From positions 3,521,659-3,585,658 of the forward strand of contig OZ316895.1 in the NCBI GenBank assembly GCA_973895155.1: a DNA stretch of 64,000 nucleotides, read 5' to 3'. Shown here piece after piece: positions 37,935 through 49,878 of the stretch. The notes beneath the pieces were generated by a model. The model had not been told where the DNA came from and ran no database searches. It saw only the letters and a list, made by a program, of their open reading frames with translations. The DNA comes from Marsupella aquatica (taxonomy: Eukaryota; Plantae; Marchantiophyta). The first letter of the stretch is position 1. Every line of letters starts with the position of its first letter. The position numbers and the translations under genes were made by a program.

Positions 37935-38645
37935 AGAGGCCAACGCTCTCTGGACGGCCAGAGCTGACAGGGGAAGGGCGGGACTAGCAAGAGAGTGTCA
38001 AGCACAGAGGGAGGCCAGAGCTTGAGGGCCGGAAGGGCGGGACTAGCAAGAGAGTGAGTGCCAAGCACAGGGGGAGGCCAGAGCTTGAGGGCCGAGGATG
38101 TAGGGCAGGGCTGACAGGGGAAGGGAGGAATGAGCCAGTCAGTGCCAAGAGCCCAAGACCACAGGGGGAGGCCAGAGGTCCAGGCCAGGGCTTGATGGCT
38201 CTGGATGCAAGGCAGGCTGACAGGGGGAAAAGGAAGGGAGTTAGGGAGGGATGAGCAAGAAAGTGCCAAAGCCCAGGGGGAGGCCAGAACTTCAGAGCCA
38301 GGGCCAGGGCTTCAGGGCTTCAGGGCCGCAGATGCAGGGCAAGGCTGACAGGGGACGGGAGGGACGAGCAAGAAAGTGCCAAGCTCAGGGTTTGAAGGCT
38401 CTGAGGATGCAGGGCCGAGGATGTAGGGCAATAGCGAAAGGAGGGATGAGCAAGCAAGTAGCCAAGTCCAGAGAGGATGCCAGGGCTTGAGGGCCGAAGA
38501 CGGAGGGCCGAGGATATAGGGAGGGTCGGAGCGATGAGCGAGCAAGACAGCAAGTAGCCAAGTCCAGAGGGGATGATGCCAGGGCTAGAGTGCCGAAGAT
38601 GCAGGGCCGAGGATATAGAGTAGGGCTGACAGGGGAAGGGAGGGA
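37935..38645. repeat. Purine-rich degenerate minisatellite upstream of the ARIADNE gene
   Basis: Recurring modules GCTGACAGGGG(A)AGGG, GGGAGGCCAGAG, GAGGGCCGAGGATGTAGGG, AGCAAG(A)AAGTGCCAAG and CAGGGCTTGA. Confidence 0.8.
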
Positions 38646-38907
38646 TAGCATGGAGTATAATTATGGGCAATTCGTCGCTTCTGTCGAGTGCTGACGGGAG
38701 GCAACTGCTGCAAGGGCAAGTATGGTAGTTGCAGGGCAAGCACAGGGGGCTGCAGGGAAAGATTTGTTTTTCGGCATCATTCTCACTAGATGGGCAAATT
38801 CATTGCTGCCATTAATGTGGCTATGGTACCGGACGGGCAATGTGAAGGCAAATGCCACTAGGCGAAAGTTGATGAAAGTTGCAGGTTCACGACAGGGGAG
38901 TTATTTG

Positions 38908-39146
38908 TATAGGGCATCTCAATTTTTTCAGTATAATAGGGCGTCTCAAACCTCACATTTATGCCTTAGGTTGAGGCAAGTGACAAATTCTCTTAAGAAA
39001 AAAAATGGTGGACATGAAAATTTGTGTCTGCACACTTCTGACTAGTGACCTAAACTGATAGTTTTGGGCATCATTTTTTCTCGCAGCTTCAAGGTTTAAG
39101 ACGCCCTGATAAGAGGCAAAGTAGCTTCAAGGTTTGAGACGCCCTA
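38908..39146. mobile_element. Small inverted-repeat element (MITE-like)
   Basis: 17-bp perfect IR TAGGGCGTCTCAAACCT (38937-38953) / AGGTTTGAGACGCCCTA (39130-39146). Each side has a second degenerate copy (TAGGGCATCTCAA; AGGTTTAAGACGCCCTG). Confidence 0.55.
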
Positions 39147-41135
39147 ATAAGAGGCTTGGGTTATTCCTTATCAGATTCCCTAATAGAGAAGGGCAAGTAG
39201 ATAATGTCAAATGTGCAATCAATGGGCTAGTCAGTTGCTGTTAACAAGATGGAATGTGTGTGATAAGACAAGATGCTAGGAAGTGTATGTCACAAATGAT
39301 TGCTCCTTCTTCAATTAGGGGTAGTCATAACATGTCATTTTGACAATGGAAAATAGATTTAGACATTTCCTGTTTAAATCAAGCAGCACATGTGAAGTTA
39401 TGGCAAGGCACAAGGCTACTGGGGGTTTGGCAACCCTGACAGGGGCCAGAGAGGGCATGGGAGGACAGGTATACAAAGGAAAGTATATAAAGGGGGAACC
39501 CAAGTCCAAGGTCCAACAGCTTTGCATCTGGCCCACTTTACCTTAGCCTGGGAAACCCTCAATATACAAAATTAAGCCCACGGGAGCCTTGCCTGGTGAA
39601 ATAAACAGAAATCAACAGGGCATAATAGTAGTACCCTAGTGGTAACTAGCCCTAGTTTGCGCAAAAAGTACTGAAATTTTAAAATTTGGCTCTTAACTCT
39701 ATAATGTGAAGTTCCAAAAACTGAGGCCTGGGAAATTATGCTGGCAGTTTGAAAAAACAGGGAGGAAATTAAATTCCAGCCAGGACAGGCTGAAACCACT
39801 TAATATGAAAATTATTTCAAGGACAGTCCCTTGGTTATGTAAGTTAGACGTTAATCAACAAGTTGGAGAGATGAATCTGAGTTTCATCATGGTGGAATAG
39901 GCTTGAGTGTGGAGATGAGAGGACCAAAAGAGAAGACTATTCAAGGTAACTTTCACTTGGTACTCCTCTGTCCATATAACCCATATGACATTCCATACAC
40001 TCCATGCAAAATGTTAAGGTAACCAAGGGGTTTCATCCGTTCCCTTGGGAATCCCTTGGTATTCCTCTCCAGGTCATTGTAATGGAATAGTTTCTTACAT
40101 TCTTTTGGTATGCCTCGGTCTGTAGTAGCCAAAGAGTTTCTTATGTTACTATAGAAACTGAAGAGTTTCTTTCTACCCATGGTCATTTCAAAAGTTTGCC
40201 AATCAAATAGAAAATTCAAAAAATTACCAGAATACACTGATATATCAATGACAACCTTTTAAACTTTATTCTTTTTTACCCTGTTTTACCAATTTCTTTG
40301 TTTATATTTTAAGTATTATTTTTCAATTTTCCATTATTTTTACTTTTCTTTGGCTTGTCTCAAACACAAACTGACATGTTTGGTTCTTCTTGCATAACTA
40401 ACTCCTCTTGTTTGTGACCAATAGTGTTGATGTGGCTACACTTGCTTTCAGGGCTTTTGGAAGGAGCTTCCCCATGGGGTCCATAATTAATATCAGGAAA
40501 AGTTTTTGGTTGAAAAAATTAAAAGGCCGGCCACTCTGAGAAACCTTGTGCAAATTGAGGTAATAGTTTGGCACAGACCTTCTTGTGATTAAGACCAAAA
40601 CAGCACCCTACAATAGTGACACAATTTCTTGTTCCATAGCCAGACAAGCTCTGATAACAATGAAATGGAGGTGACATCAACATCATCACTAGAACTGCAC
40701 ATTGTGGCATTGGAAGGAAGGGCTGAAAAAAAAAAAAAAAGCGGGCTTAAGAAGAACTTCAGGATGGTCATATATACTTTTCCTGGACCAAACTGAAGGG
40801 GCAGATTCAACAAAAATCTAGGCTTCCAAGTGGATGAAAAACCAAGGGGCCAATGTTAGGAACGCGCGCATTCAATGCAAACCAAGAGACCAAGAAGGAG
40901 GGGTATGCTTAATAGGCCCCCTCCTGGAGATTCTTGCTTAATCAACTCCATGGAAACTTTTTTGTCCCAATCAGCCCCCTTGTTATGATCTGTACCCTTT
41001 GTTCTTGTGTAGGTTCTTATAAAGTGAGTTTTCAGGCTTACAATGACCAAACTGGGTGACCTTGCAATGTACCCATTCAACCACAAACTATGCAGTGACA
41101 GGGCAAAAATCACAATGACCGTGCAAAGATCAAAC

Positions 41136-41520
41136 TGTTGGATATTTACTCTTACGTCTAGGTTAGGTATGACGTGGTTGGTACAACAACGTGGGTTGGT
41201 ACAACTATGTGGTTAGGTACAACTACGTGATTAGGTACAACTATGTGGTTAGGTACAACTAAGTTGCACACTATATCATAAGAGGCATGTGTGCTTGGAG
41301 AGGTAGAACCAAGGCTCATTGTTATGGAGCCACTTGAGAGATAGGGAGAGCTTACACTGTGGAGACTCGGTATAGCCAACGGGCTTAGAGTTCAGTAAAG
41401 CTCTCTTGTGTGTTCCCGTGGACGTAGCCTCAAGGAGGTGAACCACGTATCTCTTGTGTCGACTATTGTGCGTTGGATGGTTCATGGGCTTGCCGTTGCG
41501 ATCGTCGTCTATGCTCAACA
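41136..41520 (+). mobile_element. Ty1/Copia-type solo LTR (385 bp) nested in the MULE left TIR
   Basis: Starts TGTTG and ends CAACA, with a perfect 5-bp TSD CAAAC (41131-41135, 41521-41525). It contains five ~18-bp U3 repeats (GTGGTTAGGTACAACTAY) and the CCCGTGGACGTAGCC...GGTGAACCACGT motif common in plant Copia LTRs. Confidence 0.9.
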
Positions 41521-41749
41521 CAAACAACAATGTTACCATGCATGACTAAACTGCAGGCGTCTGCACGTATGCGCCGCCTATATCTATGCCAATACATTGA
41601 CATGAACGTCTTCACTTTGTAAATGGATTTCCACATTTTTTTATATCCTTCCATTATGTATTTTGTTCACGTTGTTAGCAGCTTTGCGGAACTTTTCACA
41701 AGGTGCACGACGCACGGACCTGCCACCATCGAGACCTGCCACCAATGTC

Positions 41750-41961
41750 GGCCATTTAGTCCCGCCCGAATGGCTTTGGCGAGCAAAATAGTCTCTTGCT
41801 GGAAAAAATGCTAAGTGTGGTGAGAATACAATGTCCACAATGTCTTTCAAAACCACTAGTGTTGGTCATTTAGTCCCGCCCAGATGGCTTGGGCGAGCAA
41901 CATATACTCTCGCTGGAAAAAAATGTTAAGTGTGGTGAGATGACAATGTCCACAATGTCTT
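41750..41961. repeat. Direct repeat (~114-bp period) inside the MULE
   Basis: GG.CATTTAGTCCCGCCC..ATGGCTT.GGCGAGCAA.ATA...CTC..GCTGGAAAAAATG.TAAGTGTGGTGAGA..ACAATGTCCACAATGTCTT occurs twice. Confidence 0.85.
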
Positions 41962-44900
41962 CTTGCACTGTTTGGGTAGTAGAAAACCTCAAAGCCCAAC
42001 CTTGAAATACTTGTCGTTTCCTTGCAATGTACATCCTTCCAGTTTGCAATTTCCAGACCAACTTGTGAATGATGTGGTGTTAAGGGTCACAAATTTATGA
42101 GACTACCTCCAAACTGAAGGTTTTTTCTATATTCAATTTGCATCTAGTAATAGACACTGGTCCCCCATTAACATTTCACTAGCTAGTTTTGTAATGTAAG
42201 ATCTTGACAGTTTATTACTTAATCTTGGGTTGTTGCCCTTTCATTTGATTGTCTTACTACTTTCTAGCCATGGCTCTTGCTGAGTGCATTGATTTCATAT
42301 AAATCGTGACTGAATCATGATAGTACATTACCAATTAAATACTCTTCATATGAAGGGCTATTTAGGGTTTAGGGTGTTAGGGTGTTACGTCTTGATGGTG
42401 GTAGGTCCATGTGCAATGCACCTCATGAAAAGCTGCATACAGTTGTTATCGTTTAGTGCGGACAAAACACAGAATGGGAGGAAATAAATTATCAAAAACA
42501 TGTGGAAATTTGTTTGTCAATGTATTTGCATAAGATAACCCTACTGTAGATAGAAGTGGCGTGAAAGTGCAAACGCGTGCAGCTCAGTTCTTGCACATGG
42601 TCATAGTTGTTGTTCAATCTTTGCACGGACAGTGTGATTTTTGCCCAGTCATTGCATAGTTTGTGGTGGAATGGGTACAACATAGTGTCACCCAATTTGG
42701 TCTTTGTAAGGCTGAAAACTCACTTTATAAGAACTTACACAAGAACAAAGAGTACGGAATATAAAGAGGGTGTTGATTGGGGCTTTGCAGGGGGTTGATT
42801 AAGCAAAGTATCTCCAGGAGGGGGCCTATTAAGCATATCCCTCACCAAGAAGCCAAAACTTTAGACCACCTTGCAATGTGGGCTTTACTCTGGCCACAAA
42901 AGCAATGTATAGTTCAAGACTCATCCGGACCCACCAATTGCCATGTAGGGTCGGGCAAATCTGAGCTGAAAGGGCGGCCAGATCTCTTTTACAATCAAGA
43001 ACTACAAGTACTCTGAACAAAAGGTTAGGATGAAATCTCAATCCAGGAAAGGTAAAAATGTCTGTCTCTGTAGATCTTCTAAAGCCCCCCTAAGATTATT
43101 TGGACCGACCACCAGTAGGACCGGGTGGCCCAAGAACTCTTCTCTTCTGGGTCTTCTGGGACGGGAATCCTTTTGCCACAACAGTATGAACCACTAGACA
43201 AAGTCCCACCATTCCCCTGCTCCTTCCTCCTCCCAGTTGAGTAAAAAAAATGGTCTTAAAAAATGTTCTTTTGCTAAAGACATACACCTGGCCAGAATTT
43301 TTTTTAAATGAAACTCATTGATGCAAATGCCTTGAATAAAGGAGGCAAAGTTTGGACTACCTGTCTAGGCGGTCTACAATTCTAGAAAAATAAGCACTCC
43401 ACATGGGTCTACTACTTGCCATGTAAAATTGGTAGACGCCACAACTGAATGGGGCCCTATGTTCCTGTAAAGCCACACTGAACCCATAGCCCAAGGGTGC
43501 CAGCCAGAGGGCAAGGGGATTCACCTCCCACAACAATGCCCCGGGAAAGATCTTTTAAGATTGTGTATTCCATTTACACTCCTGACTACCCCTTACTTGA
43601 ACGTAAATAGAATTGAAAAAAAAAATCTATACTCTTTTCGGGTATCTCTGCATATCATTTTTTTGTGCACCTTTTAGATTTGTCTTATTCCAAGTCATTA
43701 TACTTTCGTCCTTATTTGAGTTATGGTCTAGAGGCTTCGTAGCCTTAAAAGTAGCTTCTGTTTGCGATTATATAATAAGATTTTTGTTATGTCATTTCCT
43801 TCAGTTAAACTGCCATTGTACCTGAAGCAAAATTACCACTAGAATTGGCCAAAAATGTTCTTATCAAAGTAAAATATGTGGACCAAAAGTGATTATATTG
43901 TTTTCCCATGGCCTCAGACGGTAGCAGTTTAACGGTGAGGCAGATGGTGCAACGGAGTCGGAAGGGGGGATTGTGCTCTCCAAAACAAGGGAAACGGGAA
44001 TTTCCTCTGTCTCAATCTTACATGATGCCCTGTACCTTTCTCATTTGGTTTTGAGTCTCTCCCTTTTTGTCCATAAAGGACACCAAATGCCACAGTTTCT
44101 TCCATGATGGCGAAGCCAAAATAAACCACAAAGGCCAAGAGGACAAAGACCCTGTCCCACGAAAGTGAGACAGACACACAGAGTCTGTGGAATGGAGGCC
44201 CCTACCTAACACCCAGGTTCCTAGCAGACCAAAATTTGGGAGAAGTCGGGATGCACCTTCTACTTTTACTTCTAGAGTGTGCCTGAAAATTGAAGGGGAA
44301 TTTCTTCCCAAAAAGCGTAAACACCTACAACTGAAAAATTTAAAATCGATGAAATGAATTTGTCTTGTAGCTGTTCACAATGTGGCGTTCAGTCTATGAG
44401 AAATAGGCGCTTGTAAGGCCCGTTGACCAAAGGTCATAGGCTGAACAATATGCATTCCAATTTTACACTACTTTAGACAATCGACATAGGAAATATGTTC
44501 TGGGCCATCTTGGGGGCATCACGACAACCGAACAAAGTTCAGCCAAAACAATTTTAAAACATTGCCAAAAAGGGAGAGCATAATTACGTGGGCAGGCACA
44601 TGATAGAGGCATGGTGGGTTAGGGCAGGTGCAGAGCACAAGGGGGCACGGCCAAGAATAATTAACTTTATGTAATAAAGATTCACTTAATAGGCATTCTT
44701 TATTTGTGCAAGTGGGCCCATGGGGATTCACTATGTTTCATATACACTTGCAATCCAGACTTAGTTTATATTCTCACTTTTATATAAAATACTAGTATCA
44801 TTGTTAAATGATCTATTCTAGTTTATGAATGCTACCTATTAACAAACACGTTTTAATTGTAGTTAGAATACCCCATAGTTTCCGATGTTTCTTAAGGGAA

Positions 44901-46189
44901 AATTCAGCCCGGATGGATTGAGGGGTTTGTTTTTGCCCATGCCCATGGAATGTGACACACTTTACCTGAGGGGCCACTGTTGAGAAGGACCCCCAAATGG
45001 TTTTTCCAGGTACCCCAATTAACTGTATTTGGTTTTTGCCAGACTTGCCCATTTATTTAGATTACTTTTGAAATCTTTGTTTGAGCATGACACTAGATCA
45101 AACAAAGTAGTGATTTACCATGTAGGGGAAGGAGGCTTAGCTTTTGTGAAGGAAGCCCTAAGTAATATGTGCATGAGGAACTACTTACCACTGTGTGAAC
45201 TAATGGAATCTGGGTGCAAACATTCAGGAGGCTGTTTGTAGGTCACATTTCAATCAAAACTTTAAAGAGTGGTACCCAAGCATATTTTGATGTTCTTGGT
45301 CAGTCTATCGCAACTTTGGAAATACAAGGGGGCTTCACAACAAAACCCCTAGTCCATCTGGGCTTAATATTTTTATAAGTATTTTGTCACAATAAAAGAT
45401 TCCATGCAGGTCATATCATTTTTTTATAGTTGGATCCCTAAAGTGGGTCCTAATTGTTTGGGAAATTGGTAAGTTGTGTTCTAATTTGTCTATTGTCATT
45501 TAACCTATAATGGCAAGTGAAATTTTTGAAGGTGCTATACTATATGGTGAATGCACATTTCAGATTCTGTCTTATTCAGATTTTTGTGTCATGTATTTTC
45601 ATTTCAATCTACCTTATCTAGGGGGCAGCCTTTGTATTCTATACATTTTAAATTGATTTTTAGACCCCTTTAGTTTTAGGTATTCTAGAGTGTTTTGAAC
45701 TTATTTTGGCAGCCCCCTTTCACACTATGTGTTTTCTTAGAGATGAAACCAAAGGCTCTACCACCACGAGTGAGAGAAATGATGTTGAAGAACATGAATG
45801 CATAGCCTCTTAAGTTCTCCTCATGTTTTTCTTTCCTAGGTTTATGGTTTTTATTGAAAGGAGTGTCGTTCATAAGGCACCCTGAGTTAAGTGCACACAT
45901 TGTAACATCGTTTGACTGTACCTTTTCTTGGTCATTGTGCTTTTCTTGGCAGACACTTTACTTATGTAAGAGCACTTCTATGCTCTCATATCCTATTTAC
46001 TTTCTGATCACTACAAGACAAAAAATAAAGCATGTTCCAGGATGAGCATGCTATATGGCAAAAGTGGAAAGAGACCTAAAACCCACAAATTTAGGTTGAG
46101 TATCAATCTTGGAATCCGGAAACACAAGTAACTTTTCTTTCTTCCTTTTTTTACATTCTTCATGCATGTAACAATATTATATATACCTA

Positions 46190-46839
46190 CAGTGTTCAAG
46201 TGTGAGTTACACTAATTCGAGAGCACCCATTTGGAGTCTACTCGCAAATTAGTGTTAGTCACACGAATTCCGCGCGCACGAAATAGTGTTATGTAACACT
46301 AATTCACGTGACTTTTTGACATCGTATCACGCGACGCCAGAATGACGGGACTTCAAGTGTTCTTGGTAACTAGGTCTCTCATTGCAGGCTCTTTGTTAGG
46401 GTATTCAGTTGTCACTCTCATTCAGGCTAACATTGATTGATGAGCACAATGTGAACTGACAGAAAAAGATCTCTAATAGATGCTTTAGCCTCCACATCTA
46501 TAGAGCTCTCCGCACCTCCAATGCTCTACTGTTGGATGGAAAATAAAACCTCCAAAAACAATTGTGCATGGGAGCAAATGTCGTGGAGCCCTCAAATCCC
46601 TAGTAGATACTCTAGCCCTCCATGACTACAGAGCTTTCACCTCCAGATGCTCTATAGTAATATGTTGAACAAAACCTGGGAACAAAAGATTTAAACAAAA
46701 CTTCAAAAAAAAGATTTTGAAAACTGACACCAATTAGTGTTACTTTTGCTTCCGGATCAAGTTCACATACATTAGTGTGACTAACACTAATTTGGACATA
46801 ACACTAATTCTGGCATAACACTAATTATGGTGAGCAGTG
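46190..46839. mobile_element. Probable decayed TIR DNA-transposon derivative with clustered subterminal motifs
   Basis: Multiple AACACTAATT / AATTAGTGTT motifs cluster at both ends (~46205-46305 and ~46730-46826). Ends CAGTGTTCA... / ...TGAGCAGTG are weakly inverted. No TSD was found. Confidence 0.45.
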
Positions 46840-48041
46840 AAGCATTATTAGAGCTCAAGGAGGTCATGTGATGGGACTTGCACATCAAAATGCTACAGCG
46901 AGATGTTTAGAAAGAACAACACTCAGTGATACAAAAGAATAATCAAGTTGATCCTGGCATTGGAAATCCATTCAACTCGTGGACACTTGCCACTTAGCAC
47001 AATACACTACATGCTATTGGTTCTTGATGTGTAGTTACCATCAAGGGTCATGTTCACAATAACCTCAAGCGTCTCACTTGCACAGGAATGCACTGTCATT
47101 GTGAATGAGCAAAAGGGATTGGCTTTGGGTTTCATAGAAGACAAAATTGCACATGACAGGGTGCCTCCAGATAGTGACCCTCCAAGACCGTAAGTGATGT
47201 GGGCTACACTAATTCTCATCCCACACCAACATAAGGTGGGTGCAATAGGATGTGGCAACAATAATTACACGAGCTTGAGCTTGGCAACATTGTATTTATT
47301 TATAATTCTCATTTTAAAGGAAGGGACAGTACCCATAGCTTACCATACTTGGAACAAGAACCACCCAAATTAAAATAAAACAGGCACAAAAGTAGTGCTC
47401 CCCAAGTAACCATACCCTCATCAGTCTAAGAGATCCAGGAAATCAAGCCAGGTCAGGGTAGCTCTATTACTAACCCACCTAAAGGAACCTGCCCCTCAAT
47501 GAGGACTTAGTTGACCTGGCTAGATTAACGTGGGCCACAATAATTGCACTGGTTGGAAAATAGAGTAAACAAATATGCTCCTCAGTCCTCTTTGTTTCAT
47601 TTCCAATCTGGTGGTCCCACCCTCCTTGATACCCAGTTGCCTAATCATGACCTTCAATTGACCTACATCTACTTTTCTTGAGAAAGGCATCATTAGGGGT
47701 CTCAAATAATGTGGGCATTCTATTTTGGGCATTCTGTTTTGGCCTGATTATGGTCATGGCATCAAAGTGGTCAATCAGCCCTAACCCAAGTCTGCACAGT
47801 TTGGCCCGGGAAAGTCTTCTGTACTGGGAACGGAAAAGAGCCATTTGCCACTTCATAGTTCTTTGCAACACTTACTACTTGCTGGGTAACATGTACTCAG
47901 TCATTGGACACCACACACTACCCGCTAGTCAAACGTGACACTTACTACCCTTTGCAACACTTGAAGCCTGGCTTGAAGCTTCCATTCAAGATCACAAGCT
48001 TCCAAGAAAAAGTACTGAGAAAGGATTGGCCGAGGTCATTG

Positions 48042-48067
48042 CTAAACCCTAAACCCTAAACCCTAAA
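48042..48067. repeat. Short interstitial telomere-type repeat (CCCTAAA)n
   Basis: CTAAACCCTAAACCCTAAACCCTAAAC; related TTTAGGG tracts at ~26947 and ~42361. Confidence 0.8.
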
Positions 48068-48429
48068 CTATGAAGTGCGCAGAGTTCATAGTTGATTTGA
48101 AGTATTGGCAGAGTTCTTCTGAAGCATGTTCCTTAAGTTCTGATGTTTTAGCGGTGTCCTTACTAGTTGTATGTCCTGTTTCCCTTTTAATTGGGTTCTC
48201 CTTTCTTAGGTGGGGATTTAAACTACTGTATTGTTCAAATCCCTACGCCCAATGATATAGTTTTGACCCTGAAATCTTACAATTTCTTCTGCACTCTCTT
48301 GTTTACTTAGGTGTCATAGGGAAATATTCAAACAATGTTCATAGTGAAATTTTCAAACCCTAAATTTGGTATAAACAAGAAACAAATCTAGAATAGATTT
48401 AGTCGAAGTCTTCCATGCACGACTGGGTT

Positions 48430-48772
48430 GGAGTGGCTGACTTTGATCCTTTGTGAACCATCAGCCTCAATGAGCCCAATGAAGCTCCTCATCTTTTGCT
48501 CACTCCAATTGCTCTTGAACAACTCGGTCAACACAAATGAGATTGAGGTGATGATGGAGTTCACGCCTAGCTTTGTTCTCCTCATGTCTCTGTTGAAGTT
48601 TGGTAGTCTTCTTAACATTCCATGCCAACTCCACCCTTGCTTCCCATCTATCAAGAAGTTCTTGAGTTTTCCACTTGCCTTTCATCTCAATCATGGCTAG
48701 TACCTTGAAGTCATTATTCTCTGCCAATTTATTGGCATAGAGTTGAGCCATGTTGGGCTTTGAGGTAGCCAC
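48430..48772 (-). pseudogene. Decayed Copia gag fragment
   Basis: KLAENNDFKVLAMIEMK resembles the Copia gag N-terminus (K.DG.NDF..W...M). KARRELHHHLNLICVDRVVQEQLE*AKDEELHW resembles the UBN2-type KA...I.L...D.V........A..LW pattern. It is interrupted by stops and lies ~770 bp downstream of a same-strand LTR. Confidence 0.5.
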
Positions 48773-49538
48773 TGATGCAACTGGAGCTAGCCTCTTCCCA
48801 ACTGAGGACTTGTGCTTCCAACTGCAACTAGGACAGGGGTTGGAGTGGACACACTAGGATTCCCTTTTGTGTTAGCTGAAGGGCGATGATTGTTGCTTTT
48901 TGGGACCTGTAGACTCAACAGGTGTGCTGGCTAGTCGTTGCTCCAATGTTGACAAATGACATTGGGGGGCCAGAAGTGACCTTGATCTATATCAACAAGT
49001 GTGGGGTCTATCAATCCTCAGGGTAAACCTCAATTCCCTTATCTTACGTACTAAGCATCCCAAGCATTGTTCCTTGTGGAGTATTACGGAGCAAACTCTT
49101 CATCATCCAACTCTGAAAAGTCACAGTTCACAAGATATTGCAATGGGTGCCCCTTGACTGGATGCTCCCTTGTGAGGACAGGTGGATGGAGCGTAGCCTG
49201 GCCTGCACACTACACTCCTCCAACTGCTGGATTCACCATCATGTCTTGATTGGAATGTGTAGGGACGACGCTACTGTCAAATAGAGAGCTCGAACCTTGT
49301 ATTTGCCTTTGCTTATAGAGCAAGGAAGAACTTCTTGTTTGCATGCTTTCATTAACTCAAGAATCATTAAACTGAAGTTTTGATTGTTTGTCCAGAGCGC
49401 TGACGAGCTTGTAAACAGTACGGACTAAGTTGGCACTTAGGTGAAGTATGGTAGCGAGAAGCCCAAGCGTACGTACAAAGTGGTTAACAACAGAGCTCAA
49501 CTTACCGTAGTGTCGGGGGACAATGCAAGTCACCCTCT

Positions 49539-49878
49539 TGTTGAGTAAATAATTGCTACTCATAAGACACCATGCACATGTGCAACATTCCAACGCACAC
49601 TACTTCTACACAAGAGATACCTGGTTCATTTCATTAGAGTCTACATTCACAAGAATACACAAACATGTTTTATTGAGCTCTAAGCCTGTAGGCCTTACTA
49701 AGTCTCCACGTACAATCATACTGTTTTTGTCTATCTCTCAATTAGTTTTGTAAGCAAGCCTAACTTCTACTTACTAAGTCATGCTTGAATAGTAGCACAT
49801 CTAACCTTAACCAAGCACCTGCTTACAAGTAGACTAACGTTACATGTTGACTCTAGTCCTAAGAGTAAATACCTAATA
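49539..49878 (-). mobile_element. Diverged Copia-type LTR related to the solo LTR at 41136-41520
   Basis: Read on the - strand it begins TATTAGGTATTTACTCTTAG (cf. TGTTGGATATTTACTCTTAC) and shares TTGAGAGATAG, GTGGAGACT, GGCTTAGAG.TCA.TAAA, TGAACCA.GTATCTCTTGTGT and GTGCGTTGGA. It ends CTCAACA. Confidence 0.75.

Larger units (their letters stand above)
40898..42843. mobile_element. Non-autonomous Mutator-like element (MULE), 1946 bp, long TIRs, 9-bp TSD
   Basis: Left TIR GAGGGGTATGCTTAATAGGCCCCCTCCTGGAGA... is the reverse complement of the right TIR ...TCTCCAGGAGGGGGCCTATTAAGCATATCCCTC over ~235 bp, and similarity continues beyond the LTR insertion to ~300 bp. Perfect TSD ACCAAGAAG at 40889-40897 and 42844-42852. 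No transposase ORF inside. Confidence 0.93.

Noticed and set aside
36785-38739. Numerous 60-242 aa ORFs upstream of ARIADNE
   Set aside because: Low-complexity translations of microsatellite and minisatellite sequence with no recognisable domains.
46009-46026. CACTACAAGACAAAAA resembling a CACTA transposon terminus
   Set aside because: I could not find a matching ...TAGTG partner end or a 3-bp TSD.
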